This document shows positions 51,744 to 62,445 of a stretch of DNA of 64,000 nucleotides, piece after piece (positions within the stretch are counted from its first letter, which is position 1; the number at the start of each line of letters is the position of its first letter). The notes beneath the pieces are model-generated. The model was given only the letters and a program-made list of their open reading frames with translations. It was not told where the DNA came from and did no database searches. Source of the DNA: Candidatus Levyibacteriota bacterium (lineage in GTDB: Bacteria; Patescibacteriota; Microgenomatia; Levybacterales; UBA12049); contig PLZJ01000002.1 of assembly GCA_003152105.1 (NCBI GenBank), forward strand, positions 685,140 through 749,139. Reading direction: 5' to 3'. The position numbers were made by a program, and so were the translations under genes.

Positions 51744-52250
51744 TTAATTATATTCTGATTTAAATTTTTTAAGCGCAATGCTAACTAGGTTCTTTTGCAT
51801 TTTATCATCAAACAAATCATTAGTAGATTTTTCTAAAAAGTCTTGCATTACGGAGCTAAGTTTTAAAAATAATTTCTTTTCAACTGTTTTACGCTCAAGT
51901 TCTATTAATGCTTTAGCTTCATCAAGTTCTATGCTTGCTTGTTTTTTTGCCTGTGCTTGAGAATTTTGAATGATTTCAAAAGCTTCATTTTTAGCATCAC
52001 TTATTATTTTTTGTGCTTTTTTATTTGCTTCTTTTAAAATCTCATCTTCATTCTCTTTTGCTTTTTCTAGTAGTTTTTTGCTTTCTTCAGCTTGTATTAA
52101 ACCTTGAATAATCGCATCCTTGCGTTTTTGAAGCATGTTAAAAACAGGCTTATATAAGAACCGCTTTAATAAATAGAGTACTATTAAAAAATTAACGATT
52201 TCCGCTACTAAAAGATATAAATTTATTCCAAATGTTTGAAAAATACTCAT
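51744..52250 (-). CDS. atpF: ATP synthase Fo subunit b
   Basis: N-terminal TM plus a long charged coiled-coil; operon position. Confidence 0.8.
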   Translation of the reverse strand: MSIFQTFGINLYLLVAEIVNFLIVLYLLKRFLYKPVFNMLQKRKDAIIQGLIQAEESKKLLEKAKENEDEILKEANKKAQKIISDAKNEAFEIIQNSQAQAKKQASIELDEAKALIELERKTVEKKLFLKLSSVMQDFLEKSTNDLFDDKMQKNLVSIALKKFKSEYN

Positions 52251-52314
52251 ATGTTTTTACCACAGTTATAAATTGTTTTTAAGGTAGAAAAAGAATAATA
52301 TCTTTGTACCTATT

Positions 52315-52524
<210 letters not shown>

Positions 52525-53256
52525 TTACGCTTCACCTCCTTCATGTTGTGGTGTAATCAGAATTGACATAAACGCCATTGTAAGCATACCAAATACTGCA
52601 GCTTGCACAAGACCTACAAATGACTCATACAGCATCAATGGCACAGGAAGGATAAAAGCAAATACAGATGTCAATTGTGATAATAGTACTTCTCCCGCAT
52701 AAATATTTCCAAATAATCGAAAAGAAAAAGAAATAATTTTTGTAAATTCTGAAATAAGCTCCAAAAGTCCAATTGGCAACATGTAGGGATTATTAAAAGT
52801 TATAAATCGAGAAATATATTCCTTAAATCCTAAAGATCTGTAGCTCATTATATGAGTTGCGGCAAGAGAAATCAGAGCCAGTGCTGCGGTTACATTAAGA
52901 TCTGTAGATGCACTGCGAAGTAGAGGAATAAACCCTTTCTTTGTATAAAAGCCTATCGCTCCTATTCCAGGGAGTAATCCACTGTAGTTTGAAACGAGAA
53001 TAAAGAGCGTAAATGTAATAACCCATGGATAAATCTTCTTGGCATTTTCACCCGCTAATGTTTCTGTAAGTCCATACACATATTCTGTAATAACTTCAAA
53101 AATATTTTGAAAAGTTCCCGGAATTAAGGTTAGATGTTTGTAAATAAATAAAGTGGATAGTAATAAAAAAAAATCTACGAAAAGCGTGTCAATGAATGTG
53201 TTTGTTATTGGAAATTTAAATAAAGTTAGAACCGGTTCTGATGCTATTGGAATCAT
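52525..53256 (-). CDS. atpB: ATP synthase Fo subunit a
   Basis: RLFGNIYAGEVLL conserved Arg helix; 243 aa, 5-6 TM. Confidence 0.9.
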   Translation of the reverse strand: MIPIASEPVLTLFKFPITNTFIDTLFVDFFLLLSTLFIYKHLTLIPGTFQNIFEVITEYVYGLTETLAGENAKKIYPWVITFTLFILVSNYSGLLPGIGAIGFYTKKGFIPLLRSASTDLNVTAALALISLAATHIMSYRSLGFKEYISRFITFNNPYMLPIGLLELISEFTKIISFSFRLFGNIYAGEVLLSQLTSVFAFILPVPLMLYESFVGLVQAAVFGMLTMAFMSILITPQHEGGEA

Positions 53257-53295
53257 AAAAAGAACCTTTAAACAAGGTTCTGCTTAATTATAAAA

Positions 53296-56200
53296 TTAAT
53301 TTTTAGGTAAGTCAAGAAGTGTACGATCGATTGGAATTATCTTTTCAACGATAATTGCAGGTCTGTCATTTTTTGCATCAATAAATCCTTCAATTAAAAC
53401 GACCTTATCTTCAAATATATGTTGACGATATTCTGCATAAATTTTAGGAAATACAATACATTCTATGCTTGCTCCAGTTTGATCGGTAATTGTAATAAAT
53501 GCCATTTCTGCATTGGATTTTTTTGTGTATATTTTCTTGGCAGATTCGATAATGCCTCCAACTCTTACTTTGCTTTTTTCTTTTTCATCTTCTATTAATG
53601 AAAGTTCATGGGTTATGTGAATTTTTAAATATTCGAGCACATCGCTATGGGGATGAGACGTTAAATATATGCCCAAAAATTCTTTTTCAAAAGCTAGTTT
53701 TTCGATTTGTGTAAAATCCTCAACATCAGAAGATGCAGTTTTCATCTGCATATCATCAAGGGAATCTCCAAAGAGTGATTTTTGTTTCTCTTCTTTTTTC
53801 TTCTTACCAATTTGATTAACTATTTCCGGATAAATTAGTAATAATTTTGCACGATTTCCAAATTTATCTAAAGCGCCAGCTTTTATAAGGCTTTCCATTG
53901 TTTTTTTGTTAACCGTGCCTAAGTCAATCCGCTTACAAAAATCTTCTAAAGTAGAAAATGTTTTTTCTTTGCGCGCCGAGAGTATATTTGTTATTGCAGC
54001 AGTGCCCACATTTTTAATTGCGGATAGACCAAATCTAATCTTAGTATCATCTTCTATAATAAATTCTTCATCTGATTTATTTATATCTGGTGGTAACACT
54101 TCAATTCCTAGTCTCTTGCATTCTAGTACTCCCTGAGATATTTTTTCATTTTTAGTAGGTCCAGTTGTAGCTCTGGATTCTGCGGTTAGTAAAGCAGTCA
54201 TAAATTCAACGGAATAATGTGCTTTTAAATATGCAGTACGAAATGCAATTGTTGCATAACAGGCTGCATGTGCTTTATTAAATCCATATCCTGCAAATGG
54301 CGCAATGAGCTCAAAAAGCTCTTCTGCTTTTTTTTGAGATAACCCTTTTTTAACAGCTCCTGAAATAAATTGTTCTTGTTGTTTTTTCATCTCAGAAGGG
54401 ATTTTCTTTCCCATAGCTTTCCTAAATTTATCAGCTTCTAGCCAATCATAGCCTGCGATTTCAATTGTAGTAAGTAGAACATCATCTTGATATGTTAAAA
54501 TCCCATATGAGTTTTCTAAAATATCTTTTAGTCTTGGGTCAGGATAGGTAATAAGTGATGGATTATGTTTTCTATTAATAAAATCTGGTATATTTTGCAT
54601 TGGACCTGGTCTATATAGAGAAACCATTGCCATTAAATCAAATATGGTAGTTGGTTTTAGGTCTTTTATATATCTTCTCATGCCTGAAGATTCTAGCTGA
54701 AAAATACCAGTAGTCTCAGCTTTGGAAAGTAATTCGTATGTATCTTTATCATCAAGTGGAACGGTTGAAAAATCAATATCTATATTTTTTGTAATTTTAA
54801 TAAATCGTAAACTCTCTTCAATAATTGTTAAGTTTCGAAGACCCAAAAAGTCCATTTTTAATAGCCCTACACCGTCTTCGCCAACCGTGTACATGTCATA
54901 TTGTGTAACAATTTTATCGCCGTTAGATTCTTTTTGAAGAGGAACATATTCTGTTAATGGTTTATCAGCAATTACTACTCCTGCAGCATGTGTGGAGGCA
55001 TGTCTCGCAACGCCTTCTAATTTTTTAGCTACATCAATTAGTCTTTTTGTTTCAGGTTCTGTTGTGTAAGCTCTATGAAGATCCGGACTCTGTTTTAATG
55101 CTGAATCCAATGTCATTGCATGTCCTTGCCAACCAGGAGGAATCATTTTTGATATTCTGTCAGGAGCAGAATAGGGCATTCCAAGTGCTCTTCCGGCATC
55201 TCGAACAGCTCCTCGTGCTTCCATAGTTCCAAAAGTAATGATTTGCGCTACTTTGTCTAAGCCATATTTATCAGTAACATAGCGAATTACATCATCTCGT
55301 CTCGTATCTGCAAAATCTAAGTCAATATCAGGAGCTGAAGGACGTAATGGATTTAAAAATCTCTCAAATGGTAGTGAGAAATAAAATGGGTCAATATCTG
55401 TGATTCGCAGGGCATAAGAAACTACAGATCCCGCAGCAGAACCTCGTCCAGGACCAACGGAAATACCATTATCTTTGGCCCAATTAACAAAATCTGCAAC
55501 CACTAAAAAATAAGTCTCGTACCCTTTACTCAGAATTATCGATAACTCATAGTCAACTCTTTTTTCTATTTCAGAAGTTATCGTTCCATACCTTCTTTTT
55601 AATCCCTTATTTACGAGATCTTTTAAATATTCAGAAGTTTTTTTATTATTTGGTACATCATATTTTGGAATTATCCACTTTCCAAGAGTAATTTCAAGAT
55701 TACACTGATCAGAAATAAATGAAGAGTTAGTAACCGCGTCCGGTATATCTAAAAATAATTGTTCCATTTCTTCCCCTGATTTGATATAGAAATCGGGAGA
55801 ATCAATCATTGATAGTTTTCTATTTGGCGTATCAATTGTTGTTTGCGTTTGAATACAAAGTAATATTTCTTGCGCTTCAGCATCTTCTTTGAATGTATAA
55901 TGATTATCGTTAGTTGCTACTAAAGGAATTCCAAGTTTTTTAGATAAGGAAATTAATTTTTTATTAACCTTTTCTTGAATAGGAATATTTAGGTGTCTTT
56001 GAATCTCAAGATATAAATTTTCATTCCCATAAATTTCCAAAAGTTTAAGAGCCCTTTTTTCAGCCTCTTCATCTCTGTCTTCCGTTATGGGTGAGGAAAC
56101 ATATCCGTTAACACAAGCTGTTAAACATATTAATCCTTCATTATGTTTTGAAAGAAGTTCTAGATCTACCCGTGGTTTATAGTAAAAACCTTCTAGATTA

Positions 56201-56526
56201 GCAGTTGAGACTATTTTTATTAAATTTTTATAGCCAGTGGTATTTTTTGCAAGTAAAATTAAGTGATTGTAATCATTATCAATTCCCGCTTCTTTATCAA
56301 GTAATCTTCTTTTTGCTACGTAAATTTCGCAACCAATGATTGGTTTTATGCCTGCTGCTAAACATGCACTATAAAAACGTATTGTTCCATACATATTTCC
56401 ATGATCAGTTATTGCCAAAGATTTCATACCTAGTTCCTTGGCGCGCTTTACCATAGGTTCTATTTTTGATAAACCGTCTAATAACGAATATTCGCTATGA
56501 TTATGGAGATGTACAAAGCTATTCAT
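53296..56526 (-). CDS. dnaE: DNA polymerase III alpha subunit
   Basis: PHP domain FVHLHNHSEYSLLDG; LITDHGNMYG; polymerase core; 1076 aa. Confidence 0.95.
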   Translation of the reverse strand: MNSFVHLHNHSEYSLLDGLSKIEPMVKRAKELGMKSLAITDHGNMYGTIRFYSACLAAGIKPIIGCEIYVAKRRLLDKEAGIDNDYNHLILLAKNTTGYKNLIKIVSTANLEGFYYKPRVDLELLSKHNEGLICLTACVNGYVSSPITEDRDEEAEKRALKLLEIYGNENLYLEIQRHLNIPIQEKVNKKLISLSKKLGIPLVATNDNHYTFKEDAEAQEILLCIQTQTTIDTPNRKLSMIDSPDFYIKSGEEMEQLFLDIPDAVTNSSFISDQCNLEITLGKWIIPKYDVPNNKKTSEYLKDLVNKGLKRRYGTITSEIEKRVDYELSIILSKGYETYFLVVADFVNWAKDNGISVGPGRGSAAGSVVSYALRITDIDPFYFSLPFERFLNPLRPSAPDIDLDFADTRRDDVIRYVTDKYGLDKVAQIITFGTMEARGAVRDAGRALGMPYSAPDRISKMIPPGWQGHAMTLDSALKQSPDLHRAYTTEPETKRLIDVAKKLEGVARHASTHAAGVVIADKPLTEYVPLQKESNGDKIVTQYDMYTVGEDGVGLLKMDFLGLRNLTIIEESLRFIKITKNIDIDFSTVPLDDKDTYELLSKAETTGIFQLESSGMRRYIKDLKPTTIFDLMAMVSLYRPGPMQNIPDFINRKHNPSLITYPDPRLKDILENSYGILTYQDDVLLTTIEIAGYDWLEADKFRKAMGKKIPSEMKKQQEQFISGAVKKGLSQKKAEELFELIAPFAGYGFNKAHAACYATIAFRTAYLKAHYSVEFMTALLTAESRATTGPTKNEKISQGVLECKRLGIEVLPPDINKSDEEFIIEDDTKIRFGLSAIKNVGTAAITNILSARKEKTFSTLEDFCKRIDLGTVNKKTMESLIKAGALDKFGNRAKLLLIYPEIVNQIGKKKKEEKQKSLFGDSLDDMQMKTASSDVEDFTQIEKLAFEKEFLGIYLTSHPHSDVLEYLKIHITHELSLIEDEKEKSKVRVGGIIESAKKIYTKKSNAEMAFITITDQTGASIECIVFPKIYAEYRQHIFEDKVVLIEGFIDAKNDRPAIIVEKIIPIDRTLLDLPKN

Positions 56527-56529
56527 AAG

Positions 56530-57309
56530 TTACGCTGCTTTAGAAAGTGTTCGGTATGATATTGCATTTTGGTCATTTCGTTCAGCGATTATATTTGATC
56601 CACGATTTTCTTTTGCAACTGATAAGGCTAGCCCAGCTTGAGCAATTAAATCTTCTGCAGATTGTGTGCCATCGTATTTTGCAAATCCAAAAGTTAAGCT
56701 AATTTTTCTTGTTGCATCTTTTGTGTAAGTGGGAAGTACTGATGCTTTTGCAAATAATTCACTACTCATATCACCAATATTTTTTTGATGTCTGTTTGTT
56801 AATTCAAGTAATGACGCTTCATTTAATGTATGTGGATCACCTTCAATAACCTGAATAAATTCGTCTCCACCGTCATTCTTTCGAGCTAACAAGTCTCCAG
56901 GCCTTACTGGTAAATGGGCCATAAGCTTGATTGCTTGATCTCCGCCTTCATGAGGACCAAATGCACTATTAAAATCTTTAAAATTATTAATGTCCATAAA
57001 TAACACGTATAAATTAGGAGCACTTCTTCTATCGCCTTTTTCTATATCTAATTCTTGTCTATTAATTGTTTGAATTCTCGATTTTAGGTCTTGTAATAGT
57101 TGTCTTCCATTTGGTAAACCTGTTAACGCATCAATATTAGATAAGCCTTTATATTCATCTCTTTCTGCAATAAGTGATTTCTGCTTTTCTTCTGCCTCTC
57201 TTCTTTGAAGATGATTTTTTACAGTACCTAACGCATCATGAAGAAATGTTTTTCTTACTTGTTCGTATGGAATGCTAACTTCTGATTCAGGAACAGATTT
57301 TTCTGACAT
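56530..57309 (-). CDS. GGDEF-domain protein (putative diguanylate cyclase) with N-terminal coiled coil
   Basis: DALTGLPNGRQLL ... FMDINNFKDFNSAFGPHEGGDQAIKLMA ... ARKNDGGDEFIQV carries the GGDEF A-site and surrounding conserved positions. Confidence 0.65.
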   Translation of the reverse strand: MSEKSVPESEVSIPYEQVRKTFLHDALGTVKNHLQRREAEEKQKSLIAERDEYKGLSNIDALTGLPNGRQLLQDLKSRIQTINRQELDIEKGDRRSAPNLYVLFMDINNFKDFNSAFGPHEGGDQAIKLMAHLPVRPGDLLARKNDGGDEFIQVIEGDPHTLNEASLLELTNRHQKNIGDMSSELFAKASVLPTYTKDATRKISLTFGFAKYDGTQSAEDLIAQAGLALSVAKENRGSNIIAERNDQNAISYRTLSKAA

Positions 57310-57310
57310 A

Positions 57311-58633
57311 TTAGTTGTTATTTAAATATTTTTCAAGGTTTTCTTTTACAAGTTTCGGATCAATTTTCTCATCATACAATCGCAGTACCTGTCCTAGTAA
57401 ATACATAATAACATTAGTTTTACCATTCTTATAATCATTGATGGCGTTTTTATTCTCTTGTAGTACTTTTTCAATAACACTAGTAAGTTTCTGTTCGTCT
57501 ATAGTATTACTTTTTGAAGAAGATAGAATGGTTTTTATAATTTCTGAAGGAACAGATTTTTCAATATCTGGTTTTTTGTTAATAATATAATTTGCAATTT
57601 GTTTTGGTGTAACTGAAAAAGATTTTCCATCTAAAACCGCTTTATCAAAAAAATCTGCGGTATTTTTGTCTCTTGTAAGAATTTCAATATCGTAACTTGA
57701 TAAGTCATACGAACTCTTAAACCTTTTTGCCTTAATGTTAGGAAGTTCAGGTATAAATTTAGTTAATTTTTCAATTATCTCATTCGTAAGTTGAATTGGT
57801 GGTATATCTGGTTCAGGAAAATATCTATAGTCATTTGCTTCTTCTTTTACTCTTTGGAGGATAGTTTCATTTTTTGTTTCATTCCATCCTCTTGTTTCTT
57901 GAGGTGGAGTTATTCCATCGGATAATAAAATTTCTTGTCGTTTAATTTCAAAATTTATTGCTTTTTCAACAAATTTAAATGAATTAATATTTTTAACTTC
58001 CACTTTATAAGGTGGCAGCACACCCTTTTTTACTGTCAGTGATATATTTGGTTCAAGTCTCATTTCGCCACGTTCCATGTTTGCATCTGAAACTTCCAAA
58101 TAGCGAACTATTTGTTGTAATGCTTGCAAATATTCCTTTACTTCTTCCGCATTCTCAAAATCCGGTTCTGTAACTATTTCAACAAGTGGAACTCCTGATC
58201 GGTTAAAATCAATTAAACTCACAGATTCTCCATTAATTTTTTCATGCATTAATTTGCCTGTATCTTCTTCCATATGCACTCTTCTAATTCGAATTTTCTT
58301 ACCATTTTGAAGTATTAGGTAGCCATTTTTAGCAAAGGGCATATCGTACTGAGAAATTTGATATCCTTTTGCCAGATCTGGATAAAAATAATTTTTACGG
58401 TCAAATTTTGAATGTAGCGCTATTTTTCCGTTTAATGCTATGCCGATTAGTATGCACCATTCAATAGCTTTTTTATTAGGTACTGGAAGGCCACCAGGCA
58501 TGCCTAGACATACCGCACATGTTTGTGAGTTAGGAGCTTTACCAAAATACTGCGTTGAACATCCGCAAAACATTTTGCTTTTTGTTTTTAACTCAACGTG
58601 CACCTCTAAGCCAATAACAGGTAAATATTTCAT
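57311..58633 (-). CDS. gatB: Asp/Glu-tRNA(Asn/Gln) amidotransferase subunit B
   Basis: MKYLPVIGLEVHVELKTKSKMFCGCS canonical GatB N-terminus. Confidence 0.9.
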   Translation of the reverse strand: MKYLPVIGLEVHVELKTKSKMFCGCSTQYFGKAPNSQTCAVCLGMPGGLPVPNKKAIEWCILIGIALNGKIALHSKFDRKNYFYPDLAKGYQISQYDMPFAKNGYLILQNGKKIRIRRVHMEEDTGKLMHEKINGESVSLIDFNRSGVPLVEIVTEPDFENAEEVKEYLQALQQIVRYLEVSDANMERGEMRLEPNISLTVKKGVLPPYKVEVKNINSFKFVEKAINFEIKRQEILLSDGITPPQETRGWNETKNETILQRVKEEANDYRYFPEPDIPPIQLTNEIIEKLTKFIPELPNIKAKRFKSSYDLSSYDIEILTRDKNTADFFDKAVLDGKSFSVTPKQIANYIINKKPDIEKSVPSEIIKTILSSSKSNTIDEQKLTSVIEKVLQENKNAINDYKNGKTNVIMYLLGQVLRLYDEKIDPKLVKENLEKYLNNN

Positions 58634-60030
58634 AGTTTCGCTTGTTGTTTGTGAAACAACGTGTTTTGTTCAAAAAGGTGTGCTAGTTGTAAAACTACTT
58701 CTTCTTTGAATTGTGGGCCAATTATTTGCATGCCAATTGGTAGTCCTAAACTCGTAAAGCCACAAGTTACATTTATTCCTGAAAGTCCTGCAATAGATGA
58801 GGGTTCAACTAGTACATCTGCTAATTCTCCAAACATCGAGTTCTCTTTAGTAGCACCTAAAGGAAGAGCTGCAGTTGGTGCAGTAGGGGCTACTATAGCG
58901 TCTACTTCTGAAAATGCTTTGTTAAAATCGTTAATAATTTCAGTTCGTACTTTAACTGCTTTATTGTAATATGCATCATAATAGCCGCTCGAAAGTGTAA
59001 AAGTACCAAGCATTATCCTTCTTTTTGCTTCTTCGCCAAACATATCTCTGCCATTGCCATATCGTATTCCATCATATCTTGCTAAATTTGAAGAGACTTC
59101 TGCTCGTTGAATAATAGTATAATCTGAAATCGCATATTTAGGATCAAATAATTTTATTTTTTTTATAAGCATACCCTTTTTTTCAAATTCCTCAATTGCT
59201 TTATAAACCGCATTTGCAACTTGACTATCTACACTGTTAAAGTAGTCTTCAGAAACTCCAATAGTCATTTTCTTCTTATTTTGTAAATTGTTTGCATAGT
59301 CAGGAACCAAAAGGGGTGAGCTTGTTGCATCTTTTGGGTCATGTCCAGCAATTACTTTAAGTACTAGTGCGGCATCTTTAACAGTTTTAGTAAGTGGTCC
59401 TGGACTATCTAATGAAGAAGCCATTGCTACAACTCCAAATCTGCTTACTCTGCCATATGTTGGCTTTAGTCCAACAACTCCACACCAAGAAGCAGGCTGT
59501 CTAATCGATCCTGCAGTTTCACTACCAATGGCAAATATAGCCTGATTTGCCGCAATACTTGCCGCAGAGCCTCCAGATGAACCTCCAGGTAAATAACCCA
59601 CATTCCATGGATTTTTTGTAGGCCCAAAATCAGATGTTTCTGTTGATGAGCCATGAGCCCATGCATCTAAATTTGTTTTGCCAATTAAAATTGCACCTGC
59701 GTCTTCTAATTTTTGCACAACCGTTGCATTATACGGTGGTATAAAGTTAGCAAGCACATTTGACGATGCAGTTGTTCTTATGTTTTGTGTTGAAAAATTA
59801 TCTTTTAATACATACGGTATTCCAAGAAGAGGAAGGTCGATTCCTTTGCTTCTTTTAACATCAGATTTTTCAGCATTTTCAATTGCCTGCTCTTTTATAA
59901 GAGTAATAACTGCATTAAGCTTACTATCAGTGTTTTGAATGCGAGAGATACATGCATTTGTTAATTCAACTGATGAGAAAGATTTATTTTTTAAATTTTC
60001 AATGGCTTCTGTCAGTGTTAATGTATTCAT
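58630..60030 (-). CDS. gatA: Asp/Glu-tRNA amidotransferase subunit A (amidase family)
   Basis: Amidase signature GGSSGGSAASIAA; 466 aa. Confidence 0.9.
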   Translation of the reverse strand: MNTLTLTEAIENLKNKSFSSVELTNACISRIQNTDSKLNAVITLIKEQAIENAEKSDVKRSKGIDLPLLGIPYVLKDNFSTQNIRTTASSNVLANFIPPYNATVVQKLEDAGAILIGKTNLDAWAHGSSTETSDFGPTKNPWNVGYLPGGSSGGSAASIAANQAIFAIGSETAGSIRQPASWCGVVGLKPTYGRVSRFGVVAMASSLDSPGPLTKTVKDAALVLKVIAGHDPKDATSSPLLVPDYANNLQNKKKMTIGVSEDYFNSVDSQVANAVYKAIEEFEKKGMLIKKIKLFDPKYAISDYTIIQRAEVSSNLARYDGIRYGNGRDMFGEEAKRRIMLGTFTLSSGYYDAYYNKAVKVRTEIINDFNKAFSEVDAIVAPTAPTAALPLGATKENSMFGELADVLVEPSSIAGLSGINVTCGFTSLGLPIGMQIIGPQFKEEVVLQLAHLFEQNTLFHKQQAKL

Positions 60031-60032
60031 AA

Positions 60033-60317
60033 TTATTCGTTTTCTAATATACCTTTAACTTTAAAAAATCCTTTGTAGCTGTCTTTTGCGTTTAGTAAAG
60101 CCTCCTCTTGTGTAAAAGAAGAGGTAACAATATCATCTCTGACAACATTTTTAAGTCCAGTAACTTGATCTGTGTTAGGTGTGTTTTCAGTATTAATATC
60201 TTTTAGGATATTAATATATGTGAGTGTTTTGGTAAGTTGTGAAGAAAGAAGTTCTAGCTCATTCTTATCAATGTGTAAATTGGCGAGTTTTGCTATGTGT
60301 GATACATTAAATTTCAT
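60033..60317 (-). CDS. gatC: Asp/Glu-tRNA amidotransferase subunit C
   Basis: 94 aa; VSHIAKLANLHIDKNE...; immediately upstream of gatA. Confidence 0.8.
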   Translation of the reverse strand: MKFNVSHIAKLANLHIDKNELELLSSQLTKTLTYINILKDINTENTPNTDQVTGLKNVVRDDIVTSSFTQEEALLNAKDSYKGFFKVKGILENE

Positions 60318-60355
60318 CTATTACTTGAAATAACTGGGATTTCGTTATGCAGTAA

Positions 60356-61117
60356 TTATAACGCAGTACCAAGCTTATTAGCAATTGCTTTTTGTGCTTT
60401 ACTTTCTAAGAAATCATCTAGCTCATCCAGAGTAATTTTTTTATTGTATTTAACTTCTAACGCTTTTTTTAGTAAAAAATCTGCAATTTTAGGATTTTTA
60501 GGAAGTAACGGTCCATGAAAGTAACAGCCAATTGCATTTTTGTATATCATTCCCTCTGTTTTATCATGTCCATTGTTTCCAAATCCTTTGATTACTTTTG
60601 CAAAAGGAAGAGTAGAGTCTTTAAGATAAGATCTGCCTCCGTGATTTTCAAAACCTACTACTAATTCATTTTTTAATTCTGGAATTTGTATTTTACCTAT
60701 TATATTACCGATTAGTCTATGGTTTTCATTTTCAGGATGTATTGTGTCAACATTAAAAATACCAAGACCTTTAATTCTTTTTCCAACTGCAGGTTCATAA
60801 AAATTGCCCATCAACTGTGGAGATCCACATACAAAAAGTGAGGGGATATTTTTTTCAATAAGATTCTTAATAGTAGTACCTTTTTTGTCGCGTAAATCAG
60901 AAATCAGGATTTCTTGTTCTTTATCTTGTGCTCCACCACCAAAAAGAAGATCAATTTTATTTATACTTGAAAGCGGTGTTGTAAACGAAATTGGAAGAAT
61001 TTTGACTTCAATTCCGCGCCACTGTGCTCTTTTTTGCAAAACAAGTATATTGCCTCGATCGCCATATGTGCTCATTAATTCAGGGTATAACCAGCCTATT
61101 GTGATGTTATATTTCAT
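60356..61117 (-). CDS. gatD: Lipid II isoglutaminyl synthase, glutamine amidotransferase subunit GatD (CobB/CobQ-like GATase)
   Basis: STYGDRGNILVLQKRAQWRGIEV and LFGGGAQDKEQ parallel S. aureus GatD. 253 aa. 4 nt overlap with the upstream murT. Confidence 0.7.
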   Translation of the reverse strand: MKYNITIGWLYPELMSTYGDRGNILVLQKRAQWRGIEVKILPISFTTPLSSINKIDLLFGGGAQDKEQEILISDLRDKKGTTIKNLIEKNIPSLFVCGSPQLMGNFYEPAVGKRIKGLGIFNVDTIHPENENHRLIGNIIGKIQIPELKNELVVGFENHGGRSYLKDSTLPFAKVIKGFGNNGHDKTEGMIYKNAIGCYFHGPLLPKNPKIADFLLKKALEVKYNKKITLDELDDFLESKAQKAIANKLGTAL

Positions 61118-62394
61118 AATATTTTTTTGCCAAGAATTATTTTTCTAATTTCTAGCATTGCAGTGTATGTAGGGAGTATGTATAGAGTTTCATTATCTGG
61201 TAATGATTTTAAAACTTCTGTTAGCTCGATTTCTATATTTTGTACTATCGTAACATCTTTAATTCCTTCATATTTAATACGAAGAGCCATATCATATACT
61301 CTGTCACCTGACACATAAATATGAGGGCACGTATTAAGCAAAGAAAGATCTGTATCCCAAATCCATGATATATCTCTGCCATCTGGAATTCTATCATTTA
61401 AACAAAATAAAATATGTTTTGCGTTTAGTTTTTGAATAGTTTGCAAGGATTGATTAAAGCTTGTTGGATTTTTTGATAAAAATATCTGAACTTTTTTATT
61501 GCCAATTTGTATTATTTCTTGTCTTCCAAAAGCGGGTTTAAATGATTTTAGTCCGTTTTCAATATTCTCATTTGGGATGCCAATGGATTTTGCGGTAAGT
61601 TCTGATGCGAGAATATTGTACTCATTGTAAGTTCCCGGTAGTGGATAAAAAATCGCATTAGTTAGATCTACCTTTGGTCTTTTAAAACTACAGTGTTTAC
61701 AGTAATATTTTCCCAAATGCGAAAAATAAGTTACAGAGTAAGTTAACTTGTGAAAACATTTAGGGCAAAATAGAGAATCTGATGAAAAACTATCAGAAGG
61801 TAAAGATTCTGCTTTGTCTAAACCAAAATATTTTACTACATGATTACTGTTACTACCAAGATAGGCAATTTGTGGATCGTCTCCATTACAAATTAAAATA
61901 ACCTCTTGAGGAAGTGATGATACTGTTTTTTTCCATTTTTCAATTATCGTTCGAACCTCTCCATATCTATCTAACTGATCTCTAAATAAATTAAGTAAGA
62001 CTATGTAGGAAGGTGTTATTTCTTTTACAATTAATGGAAATATGTTTTCATCTATTTCAAATAATGCAAAGTCAGCAGTAATTTTGCCATTTACGTTAGC
62101 ATTTGAAATCAGAGCTGAAGCAATTCCGTTCATTAGGTTGGCACCAGAGGTGTTTTGTATTACGGTAAAATTGTTTTTTTTGAGTATTGTTTTTAGCAGT
62201 TTACTTGTTGTGGTTTTGCCGTTAGTTCCAATAATAAATATGACTTTTGTTTTAGAAAAAGCAAGTTCTGAAGAAATAAAATGAGGCTGTAGAAAAAGCA
62301 TCAAATGTCCAGGCCATGTAGAGCCATTACCTAAATTAAGTGTTCTTATGCTCCTGCTTATTATTTTTAATAGAAAGATGAGAAGTACGTTCAT
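61114..62394 (-). CDS. murT: Lipid II isoglutaminyl synthase, Mur-ligase-like subunit MurT
   Basis: Mur ligase P-loop IIGTNGKTTTSKLL; Cys4 ribbon CPKCFHKL...CKHCSF; C-terminal DUF1727-like region; 426 aa. Confidence 0.7.
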   Translation of the reverse strand: MNVLLIFLLKIISRSIRTLNLGNGSTWPGHLMLFLQPHFISSELAFSKTKVIFIIGTNGKTTTSKLLKTILKKNNFTVIQNTSGANLMNGIASALISNANVNGKITADFALFEIDENIFPLIVKEITPSYIVLLNLFRDQLDRYGEVRTIIEKWKKTVSSLPQEVILICNGDDPQIAYLGSNSNHVVKYFGLDKAESLPSDSFSSDSLFCPKCFHKLTYSVTYFSHLGKYYCKHCSFKRPKVDLTNAIFYPLPGTYNEYNILASELTAKSIGIPNENIENGLKSFKPAFGRQEIIQIGNKKVQIFLSKNPTSFNQSLQTIQKLNAKHILFCLNDRIPDGRDISWIWDTDLSLLNTCPHIYVSGDRVYDMALRIKYEGIKDVTIVQNIEIELTEVLKSLPDNETLYILPTYTAMLEIRKIILGKKIL

Positions 62395-62445
62395 AATTTT
62401 GTAAAGAATATGCAGTAATTGTATTATTGCATATATAATTTTAAC

